Below, one piece after another: positions 38,180-47,680 of a stretch of DNA of 64,000 bases. The first letter of the stretch is position 1. Each line of letters starts with the position of its first letter. A program made the position numbers and the translations under genes. This stretch comes from an uncultured Pirellulales bacterium (GTDB taxonomy: Bacteria; Planctomycetota; Phycisphaerae; Sedimentisphaerales; Anaerobacaceae). The stretch is from NCBI GenBank assembly GCA_964387605.1, contig CAYLYB010000001.1, positions 15,960 through 79,959 of the forward strand. Reading direction: 5' to 3'. Under the pieces are notes generated by a model. That model had not been told where the DNA came from and did not search any database. It worked only from the letters and a program-made list of their open reading frames with translations.

Positions 38180-39448
38180 TTATTCCGATAACGCCTTTGC
38201 AATCGCCTGGGCGAATTGTATTGTTGCCAGAGGCGTGCCGGCGGTTATTATCAGGCCGTCCCTTTCGACGGCAGCGCCGGTATATTCTGCGCCGCCTTTT
38301 TTTATCGCCTCGCTTTCGGTTATGAACCCGGTCGCCCGCATATTTCTTAGGACGCCCGCGTTGGCGAGTATGGTCGGCGCCATCGAGATAGCTGCGACAA
38401 CTTTGTTTTTGGCGGCTGCTTCACGGGCGATGTTGAACGCAGTTTGGCTGGCGTAATATTCTTCCGCCCCCGTCCCGCCTATAAAAATAACCGCGTCATA
38501 ATCGTCGACGCGCACGGTTTCGAGCGTTTTTTCCGATGCGGCTAATCCGCCGAGCATTCCCCTTATCGGCCCAATCTGTGAGCTTGCGATTACTGTTGCG
38601 ATGCCCTCCTGGCCCAAAACCCGCCGGGTCTCGAAAAGCTCCTCGTCTCTGAATCTCATACTTGGGACAATAATGACTGCATTTTTATATTTCTTTGGGG
38701 TATTCTCGTCAGTGCTCGGTTCGTTCTGTGACGTTGAAGTCGTATACGGTACAAGGGGATGGCCTGCGCAGACAATCAATAACGGCTCCATGTTGCCCGA
38801 TAGCTCACAAATCCTTGAGACGTTTCTCACTTCGAAGGCACCCACTGGCACCGATGCCAGTCTGAGCGTTACGGCCTGGAGTTGAATATTCTGGGCGACG
38901 TGGCCCGCCTCGAGCAGCATAAAATTTCTTGCCTTGTTGCCGTATTTGGAAGAAAGCTTCCTGACCTCGCCGACAATAACGATATCACAACCCGCCTCGC
39001 TGACCCATTTTTGCCCGGCGGCATCTGATAATTTTCCCCGCAAATCCGTTGCCGAGAGTTGCTCAAGTAAATGCTTTTCCGGGCGATAAACGAACAATCC
39101 CTCCGGCGTAAAAAAGTAAAGCTGTATCGGGTACAATGCCCCGGCGGACGGCGCGGCCCGCAGACCCCGCCGCTTATCAGTTATACCCTGACCCGCCCAT
39201 GCCAATTGGCCTATCTGTTCGTAGTCGAGCGGCTTGTCCGCGAACTGCCGAACACTTCGCCGAATATTGATTGCCTCCTCAAGACTTACTGAGCCAGATG
39301 TTTTCGGCGCGGGCAGCTGGACCTCTTTCAACCCGGAAGAGCGAGGCCGCCTTTGCGCCCGGCAGGGCGATAAAATGCCGACCACGAGCAAAACCGCAAG
39401 GCAACATACTACGGTAAATCTTATTTTGTTGATTCTGTAAGGCCTCAT
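38180..39448 (-). CDS. SagB-type nitroreductase domain fused to a DJ-1/PfpI domain, with an N-terminal signal/anchor
   Basis: A GGAGGG RBS precedes the ATG at 39448. Hydrophobic N-terminus FTVVCCLAVLLVVGIL. Nitroreductase motifs (RRSVRQF, RAAPSAGALYP, LLEAGHVAQN). The C-terminal half has the DJ-1-like layout (VIIVPSMRFRDEEL, YDAVIFIGGTG). Confidence 0.7.
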   Translation of the reverse strand: MRPYRINKIRFTVVCCLAVLLVVGILSPCRAQRRPRSSGLKEVQLPAPKTSGSVSLEEAINIRRSVRQFADKPLDYEQIGQLAWAGQGITDKRRGLRAAPSAGALYPIQLYFFTPEGLFVYRPEKHLLEQLSATDLRGKLSDAAGQKWVSEAGCDIVIVGEVRKLSSKYGNKARNFMLLEAGHVAQNIQLQAVTLRLASVPVGAFEVRNVSRICELSGNMEPLLIVCAGHPLVPYTTSTSQNEPSTDENTPKKYKNAVIIVPSMRFRDEELFETRRVLGQEGIATVIASSQIGPIRGMLGGLAASEKTLETVRVDDYDAVIFIGGTGAEEYYASQTAFNIAREAAAKNKVVAAISMAPTILANAGVLRNMRATGFITESEAIKKGGAEYTGAAVERDGLIITAGTPLATIQFAQAIAKALSE

Positions 39449-39616
39449 AGTCAAAGCCCTCCAAATTGGCCCCATCGGGACAATTACTTCATTTTTATTA
39501 AGTCCATGATTACATAATACACGAATTTTTGATAGAATTGAAGGACTGGGCAAATAAATAAGACAGGGGTGTCTTCCCGTTATTTGGCATTGTTTGTGTT
39601 ATAGGCCTGTGGGTTT

Positions 39617-40357
39617 ATGAAATTGACGCGTAGGCAGAAAATAACGATTGTGATTCTGGTACCTTATTGGGTCGCATTTTTTATTGCTGTTCATATGCCC
39701 ATACCAGAACTGGTCTACAGGGCAAGAGTATCAGATAAATGTCTCCATTTTCTTGCGTATCTGAATTTGATTTTTCTGCTGTGGTTTTCCATCAGTCCGG
39801 ACAGGAAGGTAAATTGGCGTAAGCGAATGGCCTGGTTAATATTTTTTGTGGTTGCTGCGTATGGAGGATTGGATGAATTACTGCAGCCCTATATTGGCAG
39901 GACGAAAGATATGGGTGATTTCCTCGCTAATGTGGCGGGGGGGGCGGCGGGATTATTTGTATTCACTTTTTTGGGTTTCTGGCAATCGCTTCTGATTGTG
40001 TCAGCTATAACCATTTTCGGCCTGACAAACCTTGCAAAAGCCAACTTGTCTGAATTAGTGCCGACCTTGAATGCCGTTTTTCATATCATTGCTTATGCCG
40101 GCTTTACGTTAGTCTGGGCACGATTGATAAACCTGTATGTATTGATCAGGGCCATTGGAATTCGATTGGCGATGACTGTCGCGGCTCCGATTGCCCTTCT
40201 GATTTTTGTGAAAATATCCTCGCTTTTATTGGGCAGGCAATTTGCGATTACCGACCTGCTCTTTGCTGTTTTGGGGATTGCCGGCGCGGTTGTCGCGGCT
40301 TATTTGGTGGGAATGCGGAAACGCAATTACAGCAGAAGACTGCGAATCTTCTCGTAA
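39617..40357 (+). CDS. VanZ-family membrane protein
   Basis: DKCLHFLAYLNL and DELLQPYIGRTKDMGDFLANVAGGAAG are typical of VanZ-like proteins. It has extra C-terminal TM helices. Confidence 0.7.
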   Translation: MKLTRRQKITIVILVPYWVAFFIAVHMPIPELVYRARVSDKCLHFLAYLNLIFLLWFSISPDRKVNWRKRMAWLIFFVVAAYGGLDELLQPYIGRTKDMGDFLANVAGGAAGLFVFTFLGFWQSLLIVSAITIFGLTNLAKANLSELVPTLNAVFHIIAYAGFTLVWARLINLYVLIRAIGIRLAMTVAAPIALLIFVKISSLLLGRQFAITDLLFAVLGIAGAVVAAYLVGMRKRNYSRRLRIFS

Positions 40358-40373
40358 TAATTGCTCTTTGGGT

Positions 40374-41630
40374 TTATTGGTGTTTCCCAAAAGGCCTGTA
40401 AAGCGGATCTCCAATCAAAATCAATTGCCAGGAGCAAAATGGCTTCGTGCGGTAAAATGCCTCAGCCAGACATCTGCCCTCGAGTAGTTCCAGGAAGAAT
40501 TCGTTTGGTTTTGGAAATGCGTGCAGATACGGCTCTGCAACGGCGCCAAGCGTAGCGGTAATCCCATCGGCCAACATCGCCGGGCACCATTGGTTGCTGT
40601 TCGGGTCTCGAAGCTCCGTTGCCTCCAGGCTGGCGATATGGTAACCTATAGCCCCGTCGACGAAATCGAAGGCGTCGACATATTTTTTTAGGCTGTACCA
40701 GCCGCAGTAAATTGCAGTTTGCGGGCAACTGCCCGGCTCGAAAAGCTTTTCCGTCCGTTCTTCTTTGACTTCGAAATTCGTTCGAAACCTTAAAAGGACT
40801 GCCAGGTCCCGCAACGACTGGTCAAAGTGTGCCATGGAGTATGGCTGGTTATCGTCGGCCATTCCGCGCGAGTCGATATAGGCGATTCCATTTAGTCCCG
40901 TCTTTTCCGCCGTAATTGCCTTATCAATAAGACCACGCGCTATCTGCGGCCCAGGCCCATCGAGCCGGCAAACCATAAGCGTGAAAGTCAGATCTTCAGG
41001 ATACCCACTGTTTTTGTTCAGTTGATTGGGCTGCCAACGGTGCAGTTCGTAAGGCCCGAATAATACCATCGATAACTCGCTGTCAACGCTGGCTTCCGTC
41101 TCTTTTCCCTGAATTCGGTCAATTTCACTTTTGACCCTTGCGAGCTGCCTTTTGGCTCTTCGCTGTGATTCTTTGTTGGGTTGGTCTTTTGCTTTATCCA
41201 AGCTCGTCTGCATAATAGCGGGTTCTTTTTCGTATTGTTCAGCGGATATTTCAAGCTCTTTAAGTTTTTCCTGCTGGTCTTTCAACGGGCCGCGCGGCCC
41301 GATTTTGTATGGAATTCCGTATGTCGTGAGAAGGCATCTGATTTCACCACCGGGTTCGATGCTGTTTAACCTTTCACGGACCGGCCCGGCAATGTTCTTG
41401 TCATACTCGTCTCTGCTTATCGAATCTTTCAGTGTTTTGCCTAAAGACAGGGGCAAGACGTTCTCTTTGGGGACATTTCGGCGCTGGCAGTAGTATTGCC
41501 CGATTTCTACTGATTGCTCGATGTCGCCATTGACAATCACAAGTATTTCATTGGGCTCTATTGCCGTAACGACCTTGCAAAACAGCAGGACAAATAACAC
41601 CACGGTTTTGTTTACATATCTCGTTGGCAA
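40374..41630 (-). CDS. secreted TIGR03790-like protein of unknown function
   Basis: Signal peptide. N-terminal ILVIVNGDIEQSVEIGQYYCQRRNVP and C-terminal LILIGDPLYRPF match my recollection of this family. The assignment is from memory only. Confidence 0.55.
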   Translation of the reverse strand: MPTRYVNKTVVLFVLLFCKVVTAIEPNEILVIVNGDIEQSVEIGQYYCQRRNVPKENVLPLSLGKTLKDSISRDEYDKNIAGPVRERLNSIEPGGEIRCLLTTYGIPYKIGPRGPLKDQQEKLKELEISAEQYEKEPAIMQTSLDKAKDQPNKESQRRAKRQLARVKSEIDRIQGKETEASVDSELSMVLFGPYELHRWQPNQLNKNSGYPEDLTFTLMVCRLDGPGPQIARGLIDKAITAEKTGLNGIAYIDSRGMADDNQPYSMAHFDQSLRDLAVLLRFRTNFEVKEERTEKLFEPGSCPQTAIYCGWYSLKKYVDAFDFVDGAIGYHIASLEATELRDPNSNQWCPAMLADGITATLGAVAEPYLHAFPKPNEFFLELLEGRCLAEAFYRTKPFCSWQLILIGDPLYRPFGKHQ

Positions 41631-41698
41631 TTATACCTCACAAAACAGGGGATACTCAGTATTAGCGTGTTTAACACCTGCAAAGTATAGGTGTTCTG

Positions 41699-42685
41699 TT
41701 ATAGGCCGGAGATAGAATCAAGTTTGTTCTGGGTTGCAGTGATAATCTCATCCTGCTTGAACATATAAACACCCTCGGGGCAGGAGCCGATGTCGCAACT
41801 GAGACTTTCACCTTTACGTAACGAAAGCAGCTTTGCCGGGAAGTTTGCTCCGGCCAAATGCGAGCAGGGATAGCCACCTCCGAAACGCGGATTTATCTCC
41901 AGCAGCTTTGGGCCATCTTTGCCTGTCTTAACGTCTAAATCCGTTGGTCCAAATATCTGAAGATTCTCAGCTACTTTAAGCCCGAGCGCAATCAATTCTT
42001 TATTATTGGTGCTTACGGCCTTGTCTGTTTCGCCGGCTCGCATCGCTATTTTACGTTTACAAAACACACTTATCGGTGAGTAATCTTTATCTCCAAAAAG
42101 GTCATAGCCGAATTCATCTCCTCCGAGGCATTCCTGTATCATCGGATTGGGACAGCTTTCAAAAGTGTTTTTTAACTGGTCTTCGTTATCACAAAAGGTG
42201 ATGTGAGATGAGGCACTGCCGTCCCTCGGCTTGACTACGACGGGCCAACTGAGCTTCCCGTTTGCAAACAGCTTATCGGCTTCTGAAATGCTAAGCGCCG
42301 TTTCGGGGACATCGATGTGATTTTGCTTTCCGAATTTGTATGTCAGGTATTTGTCACGACTGATTTCCACCGTCTCCGGCGGCGATATAACAGCCATAAT
42401 GCCTTCGTCGAAGAAGCGCTGGCGTTGTGCCGCCAAAACAGAAAGCTCAGGGTCAATAAGCGGCACCAGCATATCTATCTTGTTTCTTTTGCAAAAGGCA
42501 ATCATCGCGTCCACGTAACCGGGCGAGGTTACTTCCGGCAACAGTACGCTCTTATCGCAGTAATGAAAGGCCGGAGCAAATTTACTGCAGTCACCTCCCC
42601 AAACCTCATCAGTACTGCCGATTGCCTCCCTGAAGAACTTGACGAGATAACCCCTTCGTCCTACGCTTGATAGTAATATTCGCAT
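41699..42685 (-). CDS. ATP-grasp domain protein
   Basis: MRILLSSVGRRGYLVKFF is the typical N-terminus of PylC/CarB-like ATP-grasp ligases, and LEINPRFGGGYP lies in the C-terminal half. The start at 42685 is 5 nt after the thiolase stop. Confidence 0.75.
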   Translation of the reverse strand: MRILLSSVGRRGYLVKFFREAIGSTDEVWGGDCSKFAPAFHYCDKSVLLPEVTSPGYVDAMIAFCKRNKIDMLVPLIDPELSVLAAQRQRFFDEGIMAVISPPETVEISRDKYLTYKFGKQNHIDVPETALSISEADKLFANGKLSWPVVVKPRDGSASSHITFCDNEDQLKNTFESCPNPMIQECLGGDEFGYDLFGDKDYSPISVFCKRKIAMRAGETDKAVSTNNKELIALGLKVAENLQIFGPTDLDVKTGKDGPKLLEINPRFGGGYPCSHLAGANFPAKLLSLRKGESLSCDIGSCPEGVYMFKQDEIITATQNKLDSISGL

Positions 42686-42690
42686 TTGAA

Positions 42691-43923
42691 TTACTTTCCA
42701 ACAATGAAGCAAACATTTGTTGTGGCTGTACCGCCGATGTTAAGAGTTGCGACTTTTTTAGCGCCGGGCACCTGGTAATCGCCCGCAGTGTTCGTAACCT
42801 GCTTATATGCGTCGAGTAATTGGCGGGTCCCCGTGGCCCCGACGGGATGCCCGCAGCCGATAAGCCCTCCTGAGGGATTTATGGGAAGCTTGCCGGTCAT
42901 TTCTATAATGCCTTCTTCGATTGCCTTATAGGATTGGCCCGGCTCGGTAAGTCCGAAGTGGTCTATGGCCATATACTCCGAAGTCGTGAAGCAATCGTGC
43001 GTCTCAATTAAATCCAAATCCCAGCAGCTTTTGATGCCTGCTCGCTGATAAGCATCCATTATTGCCTTTCGGGTCATTGGCAGCACGAACTCACTGTCCT
43101 TTGAATCTTCTACCTTTTTGGCGAATTCGATAGGTGCCGTCGTATGCCCCCAGCCGAGAATACGAGGAATATCCCTGAGGGCAATCCCTCTGTGTTTTGC
43201 GTATTCGGCTGCGTATTTTTCGGAAGCGAGGTATATACATACAGCCCCGTCTGTTATCTGTGAACAGTCGGTTACTTTGATTCTTCCTGATACATCTGTA
43301 TTGTATTTACCGGGTGTGCAGGCGTGTTCAAGACTCATGAACCAGTCTCTGGTTTGAGCGTTGGGATTATTTTTTGCATTCGAGTAATTTATCTCAGCGA
43401 TTTTGGCAAGATAGGTGTTGTCGAGCCCATATCGCTTATCGTACTCGTCGCCTAATTTGCCGAACAGTTTTGGAAAAGGGAATTCGACGCCGATACATTC
43501 TTTTTCATACCACGCCGCGGTTCCAAGGAATTCGCCGCCTTTCGCCGAATCTACGGTTTTCATCTGCTCAATGCCGATTACGCATATAAGGTCGTATATG
43601 CCCGCTTCGATATGTACCTTTGCAGCCAAAGCCGCAATAGCGCTGGAGGCGCAGGCGGCCTCTAAACGCATCGTAGGCAGGCCCACGAATCGCGGGTCAA
43701 GGTCGACGAAAAACGCCCCTAAATGACCTTGCATACAATACAATTCGGCTGCGAAGTTGCCGATGAACGCCGCTTCGATGTCGCCGGGTTCGATGTTGGT
43801 TGTCTCGATGCTGCCATTGTAGGCCTCTCGCATCATTGCGGCGATGTGCTTGTTTTCTCTCGCCCAGTTGCGTGCGAAATCGGTCTGGTAGCCGCCGAGA
43901 ATATATACTGCTTTATTTTTCAT
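42691..43923 (-). CDS. SCP2-type thiolase (acetyl-CoA C-acyltransferase family)
   Basis: Nucleophile Cys in LEAACASS, the HDCF loop (ETHDCFT) diagnostic of SCP2-thiolases, and GHPVGATG. It lacks the CxGGG second Cys (NIGGTATT instead). Confidence 0.85.
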   Translation of the reverse strand: MKNKAVYILGGYQTDFARNWARENKHIAAMMREAYNGSIETTNIEPGDIEAAFIGNFAAELYCMQGHLGAFFVDLDPRFVGLPTMRLEAACASSAIAALAAKVHIEAGIYDLICVIGIEQMKTVDSAKGGEFLGTAAWYEKECIGVEFPFPKLFGKLGDEYDKRYGLDNTYLAKIAEINYSNAKNNPNAQTRDWFMSLEHACTPGKYNTDVSGRIKVTDCSQITDGAVCIYLASEKYAAEYAKHRGIALRDIPRILGWGHTTAPIEFAKKVEDSKDSEFVLPMTRKAIMDAYQRAGIKSCWDLDLIETHDCFTTSEYMAIDHFGLTEPGQSYKAIEEGIIEMTGKLPINPSGGLIGCGHPVGATGTRQLLDAYKQVTNTAGDYQVPGAKKVATLNIGGTATTNVCFIVGK

Positions 43924-43945
43924 TTGCCGACTCTTTTTTTAAACC

Positions 43946-45229
43946 TTATTTGGCCACGAAATACTTTCCTGAGTTGCCGATTCGGAATTTCGATTTAATA
44001 CCTTCTCGAAGTGAGTCGGAGATGGGTAAATTTCTTTCGGCAAGTAGTTCAACGGCGGTCTCACTGCCGCCCAGCATCTCCACAATAACACTCGGAGCCG
44101 CCCAGTGAAATCCGTACGACATTACCTTATCGATTCCATCGATTCCCATCTCACTGTCGGTAACCTCTCCTATAAGTGAGTAGGAATAGGCGACATAAGC
44201 GCAAAGTATATCCTTAACAACGTCCGCTTCTCTGCCCTTGGCGCATATGATAATTTCAAAGGCCTTCTTATACGTACCCATACGAATCAGGTGCTTTGCC
44301 TGTTCCACAAATGTTACGTGCGGTTCTATCGCGGGTATGTAATCGCAGCTTACAGGGTCGAGGAAGACATATTTGCCGCTCTCCAGCTTCTTGTAAAAGC
44401 CGCCTTTTGTCTTGTTGCCGAGCAGATTTCGCTGAATCATTGTGTTAATATAGCCCGGCACATCGAGCCAGTCGTGCAATTGGTCATTGGTGTTATCATT
44501 GAGACTTTTAACAATCGCTTTGTGTATGTCCAATCCAACCAAATCGAGTGTTGCCAGCGGAGGCATAAGCCGGCCGGTGTATGGCCCAATCAGGTAGTCC
44601 GTCATTTCCACTCCAAGCTCGCGGGCAATCGACGTGATTCTGCTGAATAGTAAAAAAGCAATCCGATTTCCGGCAAACGCAGCTATGTTCTTTACGGGTA
44701 TTACTACACGCCGAAGTCGTTTTGATAGAAAGTGCTGCATGAAATCGATAACGTCAGGATCTGTATCCTCGGTTCCTGTTACCTCGCAGGCCGGCATCCT
44801 GCCGGGCGGATTATAGAAGTGTGTGGACAAGAATCGTTTCCTGAAACCCTCGCTGCGTCCCTCGATTAAAGATGACAAAGGCAGACTCGACGTTGTCGAG
44901 CTGATGATAGCATCCGGTTTTACTTGAGACTCCAGTTTTTCATACAATCGCTGTTTGACGGCCATATCCTCGGTGACCGCTTCGATTACCCAGTCTGCCT
45001 GAGCGACGGCTTCGCTGAGCAGAGTTTCATAATCACCGCACACAATATTACCTGCTATCACTTCCGAACGCGCCTGGGCTATTGCCCTTTGAAGCCCTCG
45101 TTCGGCCCCTTCTTTTGTCCGGCTCAAAAAGTAAGTCTTCAGCCCGTTCTGCGCCATCAACCCGCCGGTTAAACTGCCGATTGTGCCGCTGGCGCCTAAT
45201 ATAACTGCGGTTTTAATCGAATTCTTCAC
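43946..45229 (-). CDS. 3-hydroxyacyl-CoA dehydrogenase family protein
   Basis: N-terminal Rossmann motif ILGASGTIGS. The VIEAVTEDMAVKQ and HFYNPP motifs are typical of the HADH family. Confidence 0.8.
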   Translation of the reverse strand: MKNSIKTAVILGASGTIGSLTGGLMAQNGLKTYFLSRTKEGAERGLQRAIAQARSEVIAGNIVCGDYETLLSEAVAQADWVIEAVTEDMAVKQRLYEKLESQVKPDAIISSTTSSLPLSSLIEGRSEGFRKRFLSTHFYNPPGRMPACEVTGTEDTDPDVIDFMQHFLSKRLRRVVIPVKNIAAFAGNRIAFLLFSRITSIARELGVEMTDYLIGPYTGRLMPPLATLDLVGLDIHKAIVKSLNDNTNDQLHDWLDVPGYINTMIQRNLLGNKTKGGFYKKLESGKYVFLDPVSCDYIPAIEPHVTFVEQAKHLIRMGTYKKAFEIIICAKGREADVVKDILCAYVAYSYSLIGEVTDSEMGIDGIDKVMSYGFHWAAPSVIVEMLGGSETAVELLAERNLPISDSLREGIKSKFRIGNSGKYFVAK

Positions 45230-45253
45230 GTTGGTTTTCTTTCTTAATCTTAG

Positions 45254-45823
45254 CTAAGGCTTTTTAGTAAATTCGGGGTGTTTCTTGTAAAACTCGTCTT
45301 CAAATATGCTGTATCGATTCAAACCATAATATCTGCCATTTGCGAAATATTCATCCCGAAGCGTTCCGTCCTGATGAAAACCGATTTTATTTATTACAGC
45401 AATACTCGCAGGATTATTTTCGAGCGCGCTGCCCAGCACTCTGTGCAACTTGAGGTGCTTGAAACAATAATGGATGGCTAACAGTTCGGCTTCGTATCCG
45501 ATGCCCTTTCCCCAGTAGTCCTTTTCGCCAATCACTATGTACAACAAACCGGAATTATTATTCTTGTTGATTTCTCTTAAGCCAATGAGCCCAATAGCTT
45601 TTCCGTCGATTGTTTCAATGACCCAGTCTTCTCGGGTGTCGCTGCGTTGTGCACGTTCAAACCATTCATATGTCTTTTGGAGCTCAAGTTTCTCCGGCAA
45701 AACAAGGGTTTTCTTAACATCAGGGTCGTTATACCATTTGACCTTTAAATCCATATCGGTTTTTACAGCCGTGCGAAGTTGAATACGTTCACTTTTGATT
45801 ACTACATTCTTTTCGTCTTTCAT
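45254..45823 (-). CDS. GNAT-family N-acyltransferase (RimJ/RimL-like)
   Basis: The size and the motif-A-like segment YWGKGIGYEAELLAIHYCF fit the family. Confidence 0.75.
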   Translation of the reverse strand: MKDEKNVVIKSERIQLRTAVKTDMDLKVKWYNDPDVKKTLVLPEKLELQKTYEWFERAQRSDTREDWVIETIDGKAIGLIGLREINKNNNSGLLYIVIGEKDYWGKGIGYEAELLAIHYCFKHLKLHRVLGSALENNPASIAVINKIGFHQDGTLRDEYFANGRYYGLNRYSIFEDEFYKKHPEFTKKP

Positions 45824-45865
45824 AGTGTTTCTCGTATCTGTTAGTGTATGTATTTTCCTGATAAT

Positions 45866-46546
45866 TTATTTGTTATTCGTATTGGATTCTTCTGGCTTTT
45901 TGGTCAGGTCGAATGCCGGACCAAGTTTTTCATAGTCATAATAGACGTTTTTGCGTGCAATGACTACCCATAGTGTTTCAATGAGTATTTTCAAATCCAG
46001 CCACAGACTGAAATTGTGAACGTATTCAACGTCATACTTTATACGAACCGACCATGGTACGGAGCCCCGACCTCTAACCATTGCAAGGCCTGTGATTCCC
46101 GGCTTGACCTTGAGTCGCTGGTGTTCAAACGCACCATAATAAACCAAGTGTTGTGGTACTGTTGGGCGGGGACCTACAAGAGAGATATCGCCTTTGAGGA
46201 CATTGAAAAGCTGTGGTATTTCATCCAAACTGGTTTTTCTCAGAATCACCCCTATGCGGGTGATTCTCGGGTCATTTGCGGTTATGCTTAGTCCTGCACC
46301 CATATTAACGGCACCGGGGACCATGGTTCGAAACTTGACAAGTTTGAATATCTGAGTGTCTTTACCCACGCGGTCCTGGAGAAAAAAAACGGGGCCTTTG
46401 CTGCTAAGCTTTATTGCTATAGCGATTAGGATAAACACGGGAAATAGAAAAAATAAACCTGCCAGAGAAGCGATGATATCTATTATTCGCTTGATAAAAA
46501 ATTGAATCATGTGATCTTTAGATGTCTTCTTGCGTTCTTCAGACAT
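45866..46546 (-). CDS. small monotopic polyprenyl-phosphate sugar phosphotransferase (PglC/WbaP C-terminal type)
   Basis: [13 protein letters not shown] re-entrant helix, FKLVKFRTM and [21 protein letters not shown]. Confidence 0.9.
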   Translation of the reverse strand: MSEERKKTSKDHMIQFFIKRIIDIIASLAGLFFLFPVFILIAIAIKLSSKGPVFFLQDRVGKDTQIFKLVKFRTMVPGAVNMGAGLSITANDPRITRIGVILRKTSLDEIPQLFNVLKGDISLVGPRPTVPQHLVYYGAFEHQRLKVKPGITGLAMVRGRGSVPWSVRIKYDVEYVHNFSLWLDLKILIETLWVVIARKNVYYDYEKLGPAFDLTKKPEESNTNNK

Positions 46547-46558
46547 TATTTATATCAC

Positions 46559-47635
46559 CTAATGTATGGGCATTTTCCAAATCTTTATTGTGCCTCCCTG
46601 GCGAAGGTCGCTGGTAGCAAGAAAGCGTGAGTCCGGAGAAAAGGCCAATCCGCTTTCTATTTTGTGCCCTGGTGTTTTGTGAAGGAGCTTATTTCCTGTT
46701 TGACAATCCCACACCCATAGTTCGTCAAAGACAAATGCCGCAACAAGCCGGCCGTTTGGGCTTACCTCTACATCCTGAACTGAGGACTGTCCGATTGTAT
46801 TCTTATTGGTTTTGATAGGGGTTATGGTGTCTGCAATTGTCCCCGAGGAAGTGTCTATTTTGTATAAGAGACTGTCGCTGCCCCTGGCATAAACATACTT
46901 ACCGTCTGGTGTAAAAGCACCGCTATGAAATTTTTCAAGGCCGGGAGGCTCTTTTTCCCATTTCACCTTACTGTATTCTGTGTCGACAAGCACCATCCAG
47001 CTATGTTTGTTTTTCTCGCCTGTAAAAACAACAAACCTACCGTCATCAGATACAGCCACATTGCTCAGACTAGATGGGGCTTGCTCGTTGATTTTCAATA
47101 TTCTGCGATTTATTCTCGTTTCCAAATCAATCTGAAGTAGCTCATAATCTGTTTTTAAGTTATCAGTTACATTGTCTTTTTCCAGGGCTACTACTATCAT
47201 AGTTCTATCTCGGTTTGCGCCCAAGTGGGTCTGCGTTGCCTGCGAGTCTATTTGTATTTCTTTATAGTCTTTGTTGGCCCCAAATCCACGTGCAATAACA
47301 GTTTTAGGGCTTGATTGCTTGATTGAGATTATCAGGTCTGGCTCGACCAATAATGCCTGGGATGATTCTGCGGTTATGCTCTGTGGCTTTTGGGACAGAT
47401 TGTCCCAATCCCATATATACACTTGCTTGTCGAGGCACACGGCCACGAGAGAGTTTTTATAAGTTGATAATTTAGCCACGCCATTGTTTAATGGAAATTG
47501 CAGCTCTTTTTTAAGAGAGGATTTGACGTTGGATATAAACATAATTATAAAAATCGCCGCAAAGGCCGCTATGAAGAAGAATGTCGTCCGTTTGTTCTTT
47601 TTATCTGCTTTGCCCATAATGCTTAATCTCGACAT
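46559..47635 (-). CDS. membrane-anchored WD40/beta-propeller repeat protein
   Basis: N-terminal TM helix. Repeated WD-like blade endings (VYIWDW, LWVWDCQTG, IKIWKMP). Confidence 0.65.
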   Translation of the reverse strand: MSRLSIMGKADKKNKRTTFFFIAAFAAIFIIMFISNVKSSLKKELQFPLNNGVAKLSTYKNSLVAVCLDKQVYIWDWDNLSQKPQSITAESSQALLVEPDLIISIKQSSPKTVIARGFGANKDYKEIQIDSQATQTHLGANRDRTMIVVALEKDNVTDNLKTDYELLQIDLETRINRRILKINEQAPSSLSNVAVSDDGRFVVFTGEKNKHSWMVLVDTEYSKVKWEKEPPGLEKFHSGAFTPDGKYVYARGSDSLLYKIDTSSGTIADTITPIKTNKNTIGQSSVQDVEVSPNGRLVAAFVFDELWVWDCQTGNKLLHKTPGHKIESGLAFSPDSRFLATSDLRQGGTIKIWKMPIH

Positions 47636-47680
47636 ATAACTTTCTGCATAAGGTTGCCGCTATGATATTATCAGTGAGAA

